Assembly (NCBI GenBank): GCA_003021085.1
Contig: PXRE01000026.1
Span: 66,559 to 130,558 of the forward strand
Length of the DNA: 64,000 nucleotides
Direction: 5' to 3'
From: Halobacteriales archaeon QS_1_68_20
Lineage (GTDB): Archaea; Halobacteriota; Halobacteria; Halobacteriales; PXRE01
Part shown: positions 10,829 through 21,047 of the stretch, one piece after another
Position numbering within the stretch: the first letter of the stretch is position 1
Layout of the letters: each line of letters opens with the position of its first letter
Notes under the pieces: generated by a model
What the model was told of the DNA's origin: nothing
The model's database searches: none
The model's input: the letters and a program-made list of their open reading frames with translations, nothing else
Translations under genes and position numbers: made by a program

Positions 10829-11161
10829 GCGGCGCGCGCTGGTGAGCGTGCCGAGCAACGCGAGGCCGCGAACCAGAGGCGCGCGAGGGACGAGTAACGC
10901 AAGGAGCGCTCGGAGAGCGCGACTGAGTAACGCAGTCGGCTGGGGAGGCGTGTGGCGATGCGCGGTTGGACCGGGTGGGACTGAAAGGGGCCGCGCGCTG
11001 GACGACGGCGGGCGACGTAAGCACCGCAACGGAGTGAGGAGCGCAGCGAGCCCCCCGAGTCGAGCGCGCGGGGGCTTTCTGCGTGTTGCTGTCCAGGATT
11101 CCGTCGACTGTGAGCGCGCGGGGGCTTTCTGGGCGGTGACGGTCAAGTTATCGTCTACACA
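10829..11161 (+). repeat. Dispersed modular palindromic element, copy 1
   Basis: GGCTGGGGAGG, GGGACTGAAAGGGGCCGCG...CGCGCGGGGGCTTTC stem; 19-nt repeat at 11062 and 11112. Confidence 0.9.
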
Positions 11162-11232
11162 GCGCACCCGAAAACACCACGACCCAGCCTGACGACGAAA
11201 ACTGTTTCCCACTCGCACGCCCCGACTCGACC

Positions 11233-11961
11233 ATGCGCGTGACCTTCCTCGGCACCGGCAGCGCCATGCCGACGGGCGAGCGGGTCCAGACGGGCATCCT
11301 GCTGGAAGGCGCCGACCGCCGACTCCTCGTCGACTGCGGGAGCGGCGTCCTGCACCGACTCGCGCAGGTGGCCGACTACGAGGACGTGGGCCACGTCCTG
11401 CTGACCCACCACCACCTCGACCACGTCTCGGACCTCCTCGCGCTGTTGAAGGCCCGGTGGCTCGCGGGCGCGGAGTCGCTGTCGGTCGCCGGCCCGCCCG
11501 GTACCGAGTCAATGATCGCGGACCTACTGTCGGTCCACGACTACCTGCAGGACCGGGTGGACCTCTCGGTGCGGGACGTCGAGACGGGGTCGTTCTCGTT
11601 CGCCGGGTTCGACGTTGAAGCGATGGAGACCCGCCACTCGATGCAGTGTTTCGCCTACCGGTTCGAGGATCGGTTCTCCTTCAGCGGCGACAGCGAGGCG
11701 TTCCCAGAACTCGCGTCGTTCGCGGACGGCTGTACGGCACTGGCCCACGACTGCTCGTTCCCGGACGAGGTGGACGTCTCGAACCACCCGACGCCGACGC
11801 AACTCGGCGAGGCCCTCTCGGGCGTCGACGTCGGGACGGTCTACCTCACGCACCTGTACCCCCACACCGACGGCAACCACGAGGCGATGCTTGACTCCAT
11901 CGCGGACCACTACGACGGGGACGTCGAATTCGCCGAGGACCGCCTGACCGTCTCGGTGTAG
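11233..11961 (+). CDS. MBL-fold metallo-hydrolase (RNase Z-like)
   Basis: FLGTG, LVDCG, THHHLDH, SGDS, HDCS, THLYP. Confidence 0.9.
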   Translation: MRVTFLGTGSAMPTGERVQTGILLEGADRRLLVDCGSGVLHRLAQVADYEDVGHVLLTHHHLDHVSDLLALLKARWLAGAESLSVAGPPGTESMIADLLSVHDYLQDRVDLSVRDVETGSFSFAGFDVEAMETRHSMQCFAYRFEDRFSFSGDSEAFPELASFADGCTALAHDCSFPDEVDVSNHPTPTQLGEALSGVDVGTVYLTHLYPHTDGNHEAMLDSIADHYDGDVEFAEDRLTVSV

Positions 11962-12119
11962 TCCCCTCGATACGTCCCGCTCCGTACCCGAATTCGTCGA
12001 ATTCCGTCGGCCGGACCGGCCGGGTCGTCGTCGCCAACTGCACCCGACCTACCAGATACTGGACACAATAGTTAACCCGATGGTCGAGAAACTTCGGCAC
12101 GAGACACCGGCGAGATTCC

Positions 12120-13034
12120 ATGAGAGAAGTAGATCCACTGGTCACCCATCGACTCCCCGACGCGGGCGAACCAGAGACGTGTACGGACGTCGTCGCCTGC
12201 GCGGCGACCGACGTCACGGCGCTCGTCCTGGGGGCCGCAATTTTGCTCGTCGCCATCTTCGTGGCGGCGGTCGCGCACGTCCGGTCGGCCCGCTCGGTCA
12301 CGTCCGACGAACGCGAGCGCGTCCGCCGGGAGGCGAAGGCGTTCACGGCGTTCGCCGACCGGATCACGGACCTCGAAGCCGGACCGGCCGGGGGCTCGCC
12401 CCGGCGGGTCGGCACCGCCACGCTGGTCGAGTCGACGACGACGACGTCGTTACAGGACGTGGCGGACGCGTACCGCGAAACCGTCATGGCGGTCCCCCAC
12501 TACGAGAGCGAGTACGGCGAACCGCTGGCACAGAACATGGCCGCGGAGTTCGGCGACGACGTCGCAAGCGCCGTGGTCACCGGCCAGAACCTGACGCCAC
12601 AGCTCAAGCGGACCCTCCTCCAGCGTAGCGCCCGCGCCCAGCGACTCCGCCTCGCCCTGCTGGAACACCTCGACGCCGAGGCCGAGGCGGTCGCCGAGGC
12701 CGAGGCCGACTTCGACCGCATCTCCGACTCCGTCGACCGGATCGAGGAGGCGTCGCTCGAAGACGCCACGTTCGAGGACCTCCTCGCGGAGTGGTACCTG
12801 CTGGAGGACCGCGAGCGCGAGTGCGTCGAACGACTCCAGACGCGCCAGAAGACCATCCAGGACCGGCGAGGCCTGTCCAAGCACCTCTCGGAAGCGCCGA
12901 CGCTCGAACAGTACCTCTACGCACCCCTGGACGTGACCTATCCCGTGCTGGCCGACGGGACGACGTTGCTCGACCGGATCAGGGCCGCCCAGCACGACGT
13001 GCTCTACGCGCTCGGGAGCGTCGAGGGCGGCTGA
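12120..13034 (+). CDS. Haloarchaeal hypothetical protein (DUF7260-like) with one N-terminal TM helix
   Basis: AYRETVMAVPHYESEYGE and LY...YPVLA motifs; acidic composition. Confidence 0.65.
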   Translation: MREVDPLVTHRLPDAGEPETCTDVVACAATDVTALVLGAAILLVAIFVAAVAHVRSARSVTSDERERVRREAKAFTAFADRITDLEAGPAGGSPRRVGTATLVESTTTTSLQDVADAYRETVMAVPHYESEYGEPLAQNMAAEFGDDVASAVVTGQNLTPQLKRTLLQRSARAQRLRLALLEHLDAEAEAVAEAEADFDRISDSVDRIEEASLEDATFEDLLAEWYLLEDRERECVERLQTRQKTIQDRRGLSKHLSEAPTLEQYLYAPLDVTYPVLADGTTLLDRIRAAQHDVLYALGSVEGG

Positions 13035-13035
13035 C

Positions 13036-14115
13036 TTACTCCAGGCGGTACCGCAAAAGCGCCGCGATGCCGCCCAGGTTCTTCAGGCGCTGCCCGGGTT
13101 CGAACTCGCTGGAGAACACGGTCACCTCCCCGCCCTGCCGTTCGACGTTGCGGACGATTTCGTCGACGTCCTCGTCCCACTCGCTTTCGGCGTCGGGGAC
13201 CGACCCGCGTTCGATCCGCAACCGCTGGTCGACCACGAGCAGCTCCTCGACGGCACCGAACTCGGCGGCCTTCGCCACCTGCTTGGGACCGTAGGCCGCC
13301 TTCGCCCCCTCCGCGATCCGGTCGGTCAACTCGTCGATGAGCCGCGCCTCCTCCGCGATGCGGGTCTTTTCGCGGACGTCGTCGAGGGTGCCGCGCGCGA
13401 GTACCTCGTGGACGCCGCGTTCGCCGGCGGCGCTGGTGTCGACGGTCGTCGCCAGCTCCGCCAGTTCGGCGTGGTGCTCCTGGACGTGGTCGAGGGCGTC
13501 CTGCTTCGTGAACCCGGGCCCCGCGAGGACGATGGCGTCGACCTCCAGCCGCGAGAGGACGTCGCCGAGGTCGTCGAACAGTTCCGAGCGGTCCCGGGCG
13601 TACTCGCCCTTGCCGGTCGGTCCGGACAGGGCGGCGTACTCCTCGATGCCGTATTCGGCGACCGTGTGGACGGTCGCGGCGCCCTCCTCGACGGTGGCGA
13701 TGGCCACGTCAGGTTGCTCGGCCGTCTCGGCGGCCTCCTCCAGTCGCTCGCGCTGGTCGGGCTTCCAGGACTTCTCGACGACGAGTTCGTCGTGTTCCTC
13801 GACGTTCAGCGTGTGGTGGTGACCCAGTTGGTCCTCCCGGGAGGCCCGCACGATCTCGCCGCCGACGCGCAGGCGGTTGGCGAAGCGGTGGAACTCGACG
13901 TCGGTCACCTCCAGGGCGACGTGCATGTGTTCGCGCTGGCCGCCGGTGTCCCGGAGTTGCTCGTCGTCGCGCTGGATGCGCCGGGTCGTGTCGCCCTCGA
14001 CGAGATCCCCGGGTTCGATCACGTGGACGAGGTGCCAGAGGTCGTCGACGGTGTCCGGGACGGCCGTCACGCGCTCGCGGCCGCCCTCGACCTGCTGGCG
14101 GTCCCGTATCTGCAT
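13036..14115 (-). CDS. pelA: Ribosome rescue factor aPelota
   Basis: [47 protein letters not shown]. Confidence 0.96.
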   Translation of the reverse strand: MQIRDRQQVEGGRERVTAVPDTVDDLWHLVHVIEPGDLVEGDTTRRIQRDDEQLRDTGGQREHMHVALEVTDVEFHRFANRLRVGGEIVRASREDQLGHHHTLNVEEHDELVVEKSWKPDQRERLEEAAETAEQPDVAIATVEEGAATVHTVAEYGIEEYAALSGPTGKGEYARDRSELFDDLGDVLSRLEVDAIVLAGPGFTKQDALDHVQEHHAELAELATTVDTSAAGERGVHEVLARGTLDDVREKTRIAEEARLIDELTDRIAEGAKAAYGPKQVAKAAEFGAVEELLVVDQRLRIERGSVPDAESEWDEDVDEIVRNVERQGGEVTVFSSEFEPGQRLKNLGGIAALLRYRLE

Positions 14116-14218
14116 GCTCGTCGGTCCGGCGCCGAGGGGTAAGTGCCTGGCTATTCGACCCGTCCGATCTCAGGCGTCGTCACCACTCGAGGGAGCCGCC
14201 GTGGGGCCTCACCTGCCC

Positions 14219-14857
14219 CTAGTCGTACCGGTCGACGTGGTTTTCGACGGCGTCCCGCTCGCAGTGGGCGTTGTAGTCGATCCTGGCTTCCTTTCCGTCG
14301 GTGCCGTAGTTGTAACAGCCGTGTTCGACCGCGCCGTCGTCGTTCCAACTCGCCATCGTGGTCGCCTCGTCGTCCGAGAAGATCCCGGCCTGCTCGTGTT
14401 CGCCGGCGTAGGTGTGGATCAGCTCGTGGTAGGAGATGTTGTCGATGGGCGACCAGTTCAGGTCGCCCTCGTAGGCGTAGTCGACGATGCCGCCACGGTC
14501 GCTGGAGTGGATCGCCGTCCCCGTGTCCAGCACCCAGCCCTCGTGGCCGAGCTGGTAGCTGTCGTCCAGGACGACCACGGCGTCGCTGGAACTCCACCAC
14601 CACGGATCCTCGGCGTGGAGCCAGTCCAGCGCCTGGTCCAGCCTGTCCAGTAGCGGCTTGTCGGCGGAGGAGTCGTACTCGACGTCCGGTCGGTCGTCGG
14701 ACCAGCTCATGAACGCGGCGTCGTAGTCGGAGTCGTCCGACCACTGCCAGGCCGACTCGCAGTAGTCCCTGGCCCTGGCCAGCGTGGTCCCGGGGTCGTT
14801 CTCGGAGTACCGGCTGACGAAGTCCGTCGTCATCACGAAGTCGTTGTAGAGGGTCAT
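14219..14857 (-). CDS. Putative zinc metallopeptidase (metzincin-like)
   Basis: HELIHTYAGEH (HExxH plus third His) followed by a TTMA Met-turn-like segment; ATGA overlap with the upstream gene. Confidence 0.7.
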   Translation of the reverse strand: MTLYNDFVMTTDFVSRYSENDPGTTLARARDYCESAWQWSDDSDYDAAFMSWSDDRPDVEYDSSADKPLLDRLDQALDWLHAEDPWWWSSSDAVVVLDDSYQLGHEGWVLDTGTAIHSSDRGGIVDYAYEGDLNWSPIDNISYHELIHTYAGEHEQAGIFSDDEATTMASWNDDGAVEHGCYNYGTDGKEARIDYNAHCERDAVENHVDRYD

Positions 14858-15669
14858 CGCGCATCACCGCCCGAAGCCACGACCAGTTCGTCGCCCTGGT
14901 TCGTCCTCGGAGCCTGGCTCCGGACGTGTTTCGCCAGGACGTGGTCGGACGCCCGGGGAACCACCGCCTGGCCCTCCCCGCCGAAGAACGTCGTCGGGCC
15001 GTGCGAGCGGGCCGTCAGGACCGGTTCGACGTCGACGCTTACCGGGTCGGGTTCGACGGACCGCGTCTTCTGGACCGGCCCGCTCCCGTTTCTGGCGTCA
15101 ACCGTCACCTCCCTGGTTTCGGTCGGCCGAGGTCGCACCGACACCTCGACGGGATCCAGCGGAATCTCGACCCGTTCGTTCCCGGACAGCGTCGCGGACT
15201 CCCCACCGTACTCGACGCGAACGCCACGGCCCGCCCGCGCGACCGTCGGCCGCTCGGGACCGTGGGACTCCGTCAACCGGAGCGCTCGCGTGCTGTGGCC
15301 CTGGAACGTTCCCTCGGCGGTCAGAAAGCGCGTCTCGATGTCCCGCTGGAGGTGCGCTGGCCCGTGCAGGTCGCCCCGGTGGCCGACGAGGACGTCCGGC
15401 GGGTTCCCGGGCCAGGCGTCGTAGTTCACCAGCGTCGCCAGTCCGTCGTGGGTGAGGTACTTCAACCCGCCGCACCCGACGCCGGTGGCGTGATCGCTCG
15501 CCCCCCGGTACTCCATCTTCACCTCCACGAACGGTCTCGTGGCGAGTTGCAACCGCTGGTCGTCCGCCGACGCCGTCCCGACGGTGACCCCGGCCCCACC
15601 GAGCGCCGCGAGCTGCCCGCTGTGTTTGAGCACGTCACGCCTCGATTTCTCCGATGGTGGGTCTGCCAT
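14854..15669 (-). CDS. Tat-exported hypothetical protein
   Basis: SRRDVLK twin-arginine motif, hydrophobic stretch, ASA cleavage site. Confidence 0.8.
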   Translation of the reverse strand: MADPPSEKSRRDVLKHSGQLAALGGAGVTVGTASADDQRLQLATRPFVEVKMEYRGASDHATGVGCGGLKYLTHDGLATLVNYDAWPGNPPDVLVGHRGDLHGPAHLQRDIETRFLTAEGTFQGHSTRALRLTESHGPERPTVARAGRGVRVEYGGESATLSGNERVEIPLDPVEVSVRPRPTETREVTVDARNGSGPVQKTRSVEPDPVSVDVEPVLTARSHGPTTFFGGEGQAVVPRASDHVLAKHVRSQAPRTNQGDELVVASGGDAR

Positions 15670-15735
15670 AATTTATTACCACTTTCTCCGTTTATATCGG
15701 TTTCTAATTTTTAATTATTTGTTAGAATAAATGCC
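15670..15735 (-). promoter_or_regulatory. AT-rich promoter region of the Tat protein/peptidase pair
   Basis: Sharp AT-rich island with TATA-like sequences directly upstream of ATG 15669. Confidence 0.55.
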
Positions 15736-15910
15736 ACGTGAAGGCGTCCGGCGTCAGGTCACCATCGAATCGGGCGTTCTCCCGGGGTCGCGCGGTTCCG
15801 TGGCCTCGTCCGAAACTCGGGCTCACGGTCACGATTCGATACGATGGCGAGAAGCGACCGCCGACGGGCGGGACGGTATCTAAGCGGCGGAAAAGTCCGG
15901 GGCCGACGCC

Positions 15911-18043
15911 TCACTCCTCGACGATGCGGCTCCCGCCTGGCGGCAGGAAGTGCTGGATCCTGTCCGGACTCGCCACCTTCCGGACGAAGGAGGTGTCCGC
16001 GAACCGCTCGCGGAACTGGCGGTAGATGCGCTTGCCGACGTCGGCCTGGGCGAACTTGCCGGGTTCGACCCGGACCGTGGTGACCGCCCGGCCCTCGATG
16101 GCGTCCGGTGGGCCGCCGATCACCCGGGTCGAGGATTCGCACTGGATGCCGACGGCGACCCCGACCGCCGTGTCGTCGTAGTAGGTGCGGTCGCCCCGGA
16201 CGGCGAACCCGCCTTTCTCCAGGTACTCGCCGCTCTCGGGGGTCTTGCTCACCTGGTCGGAGTCGACCGCGTACACGTCGCCGGTGAACCGGCCGTCCTT
16301 CCAGACCGACGAGTACGACACCGGGAACTGCGCGGCCTGCTGGAGCGTCGACTCGGGGAACTCGACCTCCTTCGCGGGTTCGCTCGGCCCCGTCGCCTTC
16401 AGGACGGTCGCCGGGCTGCCGTGGGCCTGGGTGTGGAAGAAGCGGTCCCCGCGTTCGAGGTACTTCTCGACCAGTTCCTCGTTCTGGTCGGCGTCGCGGC
16501 CGCCGATCACGAGGAAGCCGTCGCTCGTCCGGAACCAGCGGAACCGCTCGTACCAGTGGTCCTGCTTGCGAACCGGAATCGACGGTTCCGCGAGCCAGTC
16601 GGTCTCGGTCTCCTCGTCGTCCTCGTCGTCATCGTCGTCCGCCGGTGGGTCCGCCGCGTCCCACTGCTCCTTGCGACGTTGCCACTCTTCGAATTCCTCG
16701 CGGGTGTCTTCGATGGCTGCCAGCGCGCCTTCCTTCTTGTCCTCGACGCGCTTCGCCTCCGTGTAGAGGCGGTCGGCGTTCTTCTCGACGCCCGCCTCCG
16801 GATCGAGTTCGATCCGGTGGTCGTCTATCTCCACGGTCACCGTCCCCTCGTCGCCGTCGACGCCGACGACTGCCTCGGCCTCGGGAATGCCCTGGTCGGC
16901 CCCCGCCGCCAGGGTCTCCTCGATGTCCTCCCAGCCGTGGCCGTCCTCGCGGGCGGCGACGACCGTCGAGAGCACCTCGTCGACCAGGTCGTAACGGGCG
17001 TACAGCAGTTCCGCCTTCTCGCGCTCGCGCTCGGCCTGCTCGTCGAACCCCTGGATGGCGTCCTCCTGCTGGGCGATGATCCGCTCGCGCTTCTCGATCT
17101 CGGCCTCGAAGTCCGGGCGGTTCGACTCGCCGCCCTCGGTTTCCTCCTCCTGGGACCGCTCCAGTTCGTGGAAGTAGAGGTCCAGCGCGTCGGTGAAGGA
17201 GTCGTGAGCTTCAGAGCGCAGCCCCTCGTGTTCCTGCAGGGGCAACGGCGCGACGTCGACGGGGCGGTCGTCCTCGTAGTACACCCGGGGGTCGACGTCC
17301 CCGGTGCGCAGGCGGTCCGCGAGGTCCTGGATGGCCTGGAAGACGGCCTCGTAGTCGTCCTCGGTGGCGTCTTCGACGTCCAGGGCCTTCTCGACGCCGG
17401 CGCGGGTACACAGTTCCTCCGCCCAGAAGCCGCCGAAGTTGAGTTGCGTGGCCAGCGTCCGGACCACGTCGGTCGTCGACTCCTCCATCGCGGCGACGAA
17501 CGCCTCGTAGTCCAGCGCCAGCGGGTTGACCCGCGTCGAGGGAAACTCGTACTGGGATCCGGGCGCGACGGTCCTCGATTTCAGCCGGACGGTCTCCAGG
17601 CAGTCGACCACCTCGTCGTTGGCGTCCAGCACCGCGACGTTGCCGTCGCCGAACAGTTCGACGACGATGGTGGTGGACTCCTCGGCCGGCCCGTCTTCGT
17701 CGTCGCCCCGCCGCTCGAACCGCAACGAGAGGATCCGGTCGAACTCGTACTGTTCTGCGCCCGCGAAGTCCGCGCCCGACAGGCGGTTCCGTAGCATCAT
17801 GGCGAAGTTCGGCGGCCGCCCGGGCGCGTCCGGGACGTGCGCCGGGTCCGCGGCGTGCAGGCGCTTGACGGCCCCGACCTCCGCGAGCAGTTCGACCCGG
17901 CCGGCGTCGAAGTCCCGGAGCTTCAACCGGAGCATGTCCTCGCCGTAGAGGTAGGCCTTGTCCAGTTTCGCCCCCTCGTAGGCCGCGAGCTCCGGGACGA
18001 GCGCCGCGATGTCGACGCTCGTCAGTTCCCGCTTTTGCTCCAT
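15911..18043 (-). CDS. rqcH: Ribosome quality control protein Rqc2/RqcH (NFACT family)
   Basis: KRELTSVDI, FAMMLRNRL, FDRIL, ELFGDGN, WYERFRWF, GGRDADQNE, SKTPESGEYL; ATG 18043. Confidence 0.94.
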   Translation of the reverse strand: MEQKRELTSVDIAALVPELAAYEGAKLDKAYLYGEDMLRLKLRDFDAGRVELLAEVGAVKRLHAADPAHVPDAPGRPPNFAMMLRNRLSGADFAGAEQYEFDRILSLRFERRGDDEDGPAEESTTIVVELFGDGNVAVLDANDEVVDCLETVRLKSRTVAPGSQYEFPSTRVNPLALDYEAFVAAMEESTTDVVRTLATQLNFGGFWAEELCTRAGVEKALDVEDATEDDYEAVFQAIQDLADRLRTGDVDPRVYYEDDRPVDVAPLPLQEHEGLRSEAHDSFTDALDLYFHELERSQEEETEGGESNRPDFEAEIEKRERIIAQQEDAIQGFDEQAEREREKAELLYARYDLVDEVLSTVVAAREDGHGWEDIEETLAAGADQGIPEAEAVVGVDGDEGTVTVEIDDHRIELDPEAGVEKNADRLYTEAKRVEDKKEGALAAIEDTREEFEEWQRRKEQWDAADPPADDDDDEDDEETETDWLAEPSIPVRKQDHWYERFRWFRTSDGFLVIGGRDADQNEELVEKYLERGDRFFHTQAHGSPATVLKATGPSEPAKEVEFPESTLQQAAQFPVSYSSVWKDGRFTGDVYAVDSDQVSKTPESGEYLEKGGFAVRGDRTYYDDTAVGVAVGIQCESSTRVIGGPPDAIEGRAVTTVRVEPGKFAQADVGKRIYRQFRERFADTSFVRKVASPDRIQHFLPPGGSRIVEE

Positions 18044-18230
18044 GCCCGCACCTGCTCGCCCGCGGGGGAAAGGCGTGTCGTTCCCGCCGGAGGACGGCGC
18101 CAACCGAGATTCGCGTCGAGCCCGGGATCGCCACCGTCCGAGGCGAATTCTTTCATCAGCGACTTCATGAAGTAATTGAATTGATACGAATCGAACCATT
18201 TATTGTCCAGTTGGATGTGTTAGTGATTGC

Positions 18231-19517
18231 ATGCCAGGGAACTCGGGGGGAGCCGGCGTCGATAGACGACGGTTCCTCACGATCAGTGGAACTGTACTGG
18301 GCGGCATCGCCGCCGGAAGCACTGTCGTCGCGGCCGAATCCAGCGAACGGTTCATCGTCGACACGTCCTCGACGAGCGTCGACGAGCTGGAGGACGCCGT
18401 AGAGGTCGTCCACGACCTCTCGGAGATCGGCGTCGCGGTCGTCCGGGGCCGGGCCGGCGACCTGGAAGGCGTCACCACAGACTTCGAGCCGGACTCGGTG
18501 TACGCACTCGACCAGCCCGCCGACGCCGTCCCGGTCGAGGACGAGGCCGAGGCGTCGGACGCGGCCTACTACGACCTCCAGTGGGACAAGCAGGTACAGG
18601 ACGTCCCGTCCGCCCACGAGGTCACCGAGGGCGAGGGCACCCGCGTATCCGTCATCGACACCGGCGTCGACCCCACCCACCCCGACCTGGCGGACGCCGT
18701 CAACACGGAGCTGTCAGCCAACTTCACGGACGACGGCGGCGACTTCACGGACTCGGGCTACCACGGCACCCACGTCAGCGGCATCGTCGCGTCCCAGGGT
18801 CTGGGGACCATCGGTACGGCCCCGGCGACGGACCTGGTCGCCTGCCGGGTGTTCTCCGACGAGGGCGGTGCCTCCTTCGGTGACATCCTGGCCGCCATCG
18901 TGCACAGCGTCGCCATCGGTTCCGACGTGGCGAACCTCAGCCTGGGCGCCTACCCGGTCTCCCGGAAGGGGCTCGGCAGTTTCTACGGTAAGGTCCTCAA
19001 CCGCGCCACCACGTTCGCCAACAAGGAGGGGACTCTGCTGGTCGTCGCCGCGGGCAACGATTCCGCCGACCTCCAGCACGACGGCAGCGTCATCAGCACG
19101 CCGAACGAAGCCGCGAACGTGCTGAGCGTCTCGGCGACCGGCCCCATCGGCTTCGGCTGGGGCGACCCCGGCCTCCGCGAACCCGCGACCACGCCCGCGA
19201 ACTACACGAACTACGGCACCAACGCCATCGACGTCAGCGCGCCGGGCGGCAACTACGACCCCGACGCCATCGGGAGCGGGCAACCGTGGTACTACGACCT
19301 GGTGATCAACACCATCCCGGGCGGCTGGGCCTGGGTCGCCGGGACGAGCATGGCCGCGCCGCAGGTCACCGGCGCCGCCGCGCTCGTCAAGAGCGAGAAC
19401 CCCAACTACAACGCCAACCAGGTTCGCCAGACGCTGGAGAGGACCGCGGACCGCGTCGGCGACAAGGCTTACCACGGCAGCGGGTTCCTGAACCCGGTCG
19501 ACGCGGTGCAGGACTGA
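18231..19517 (+). CDS. Tat-exported S8 subtilisin-like serine protease
   Basis: DRRRFL signal; catalytic triad VIDTG, HGTHVSG, GTSMAAP; oxyanion AAGN. Confidence 0.95.
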   Translation: MPGNSGGAGVDRRRFLTISGTVLGGIAAGSTVVAAESSERFIVDTSSTSVDELEDAVEVVHDLSEIGVAVVRGRAGDLEGVTTDFEPDSVYALDQPADAVPVEDEAEASDAAYYDLQWDKQVQDVPSAHEVTEGEGTRVSVIDTGVDPTHPDLADAVNTELSANFTDDGGDFTDSGYHGTHVSGIVASQGLGTIGTAPATDLVACRVFSDEGGASFGDILAAIVHSVAIGSDVANLSLGAYPVSRKGLGSFYGKVLNRATTFANKEGTLLVVAAGNDSADLQHDGSVISTPNEAANVLSVSATGPIGFGWGDPGLREPATTPANYTNYGTNAIDVSAPGGNYDPDAIGSGQPWYYDLVINTIPGGWAWVAGTSMAAPQVTGAAALVKSENPNYNANQVRQTLERTADRVGDKAYHGSGFLNPVDAVQD

Positions 19518-19574
19518 TTCGATCCACTCGTCGGACCCGTCGGGTTTAGTACCCCCCATCACGAACCGGGGGGC

Positions 19575-20348
19575 ATGACCGACGAGCCCTCCATTCTGCT
19601 GACCAACGACGACGGCATCGACGCGACCGGCATCCGCGTCCTGGCGGAGGCGCTGTCGGTCCTCGGCGACGTGACCGTCGTCGCGCCCACCGAGGACAAG
19701 AGCGGAGTCGGCCGCAAACGGTCCTGGGAGGGCGTCGCCATCGAGGAACACGACCTGGGGTACGCCGTCGACGGCACGCCCGTCGACGCCGTCGTGGCCG
19801 GCGTCGTCGCGCTGGACCGGGAGTTCGACGTCGTCGTCTCCGGGTGCAACAGCGGGCCGAACGTCGGCACCCACGTCCTCGGCCGGTCGGGGACCGTCGG
19901 TGCCGCCATCGAAGCGGGCTTTCTCGGCCTGCCCGCGATAGCCGTCTCGATGTACGACCGCGACGAACTGCTCCCCGAGGAGCCGTTGCCCAGCGACTTC
20001 GAGGTGGCCGCGGAAGCGACGCAGTTTCTCCTGCCGCGACTGGACGAGGGGCCGTTCGCCGACGCCGACTACCTCAACGTCAACGCGCCGGCGGACGTCG
20101 AGGGGCCGCCGATGCGACTCACCCGGCCGTCGACGGCCTACGCCCTCGGCGGCCGCATCGAGGACGGCAGGGTCGAACTCCACGACACCTTCTGGCGGGA
20201 ACTGTCCGCCGGCGACGTGCCGGACGGCGTCGACACCGACCGCCGGGCCTGCGTCGACGGCGAGGTGAGCGTCTCGCCGCTTTCAGTTCCGCGCGCGGAC
20301 GTCGTCCACGCCGGCCAGGTCGTCGAGGAGTTCGACGCCCGACCGTGA
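19575..20348 (+). CDS. surE: 5'/3'-nucleotidase SurE
   Basis: LLTNDDGI, VVAP, DGTPVD, SGCNSGPN, SGTVGAA. Confidence 0.93.
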   Translation: MTDEPSILLTNDDGIDATGIRVLAEALSVLGDVTVVAPTEDKSGVGRKRSWEGVAIEEHDLGYAVDGTPVDAVVAGVVALDREFDVVVSGCNSGPNVGTHVLGRSGTVGAAIEAGFLGLPAIAVSMYDRDELLPEEPLPSDFEVAAEATQFLLPRLDEGPFADADYLNVNAPADVEGPPMRLTRPSTAYALGGRIEDGRVELHDTFWRELSAGDVPDGVDTDRRACVDGEVSVSPLSVPRADVVHAGQVVEEFDARP

Positions 20349-20397
20349 ACTGCAAGTCGCAGGCGCTACCAGGGAGAAAAGAGGAAAAGCGGGCCGA

Positions 20398-20565
20398 TTA
20401 ATCCTTCATTTCCTGGAGCCGGTCGACGAGTTCCTCGGTGGACTCCCTGGACTCGAACTCCAGGGACCCCTCTGCGTCCGCGTTCTCGACCGTTACGGTG
20501 CTCTCTGTGTCGATCTCTTGCTCGCCATCGTCCTGTTCGGACTCGTCGTAGCTACCGAAGCCCAT
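20398..20565 (-). CDS. Small acidic haloarchaeal protein (DUF5786-like)
   Basis: MGFGSYDESEQ...STEELVDRLQEMK. Confidence 0.8.
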   Translation of the reverse strand: MGFGSYDESEQDDGEQEIDTESTVTVENADAEGSLEFESRESTEELVDRLQEMKD

Positions 20566-20693
20566 ACCTACCCCTAGACGGGGAGGCTGAAAAACACCGT
20601 GGTCGTCCGTCGGGGGGTAGCCGTTAGCCATCCGAACGGTTCGTTTTGCGCGCGACGGGGGATCACCGCCGGTCCGTGTCGGCCTGGCGACGG

Positions 20694-21047
20694 CTATTCG
20701 GGCGTCACAGTGACGGTCCCTTCGGGCTCGCCGTACGTCGCCTCGTGGTCTTTGAACCTGTCCGGGTCGTAGAAATGCAGGGCGCGCTCCCTGAGCGACT
20801 CCTCGTGGCACATCTCGAATCCGAAAATCTCGACAGCGTCACCGTACTGCTTCTGCAGGTCCGCCACGCGTTCGGTCTCCAGCAGGAAGTACACCATGTA
20901 ATCGGCGTAGGTGTTCATCTCCAGGAACCGGTATCCCTCCGCTAGCAGGAACTCCTGGTTGAGCACGTGGAAGAGAGCCTTCTCGTTGTGCAGTGCCCAC
21001 CGCTCGTCACCGGGGGGATACCGGAACGGAATGTGCGTCCGATACAG
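20694..21047 (-). pseudogene. Hypothetical protein fragment, probably 5'-truncated
   Basis: Protein-like frame LYRTHIPFRYPPGDERWALHNEKALFHVLNQEFLL... is open from a TGA with no good start; the track starts it at 20966. Confidence 0.4.

Noticed and set aside
10976..11080. Hammerhead ribozyme suggested by CTGA and GAAA
   Set aside because: The motifs overlap as CTGAAAG rather than forming CUGANGA...GAAA around three stems.
11062..11161. CRISPR mini-array interpretation of the 19+31 nt units
   Set aside because: The repeat is too short, there are only two units per locus, the 31-mers are homologous to each other, and no cas genes or leader are present.
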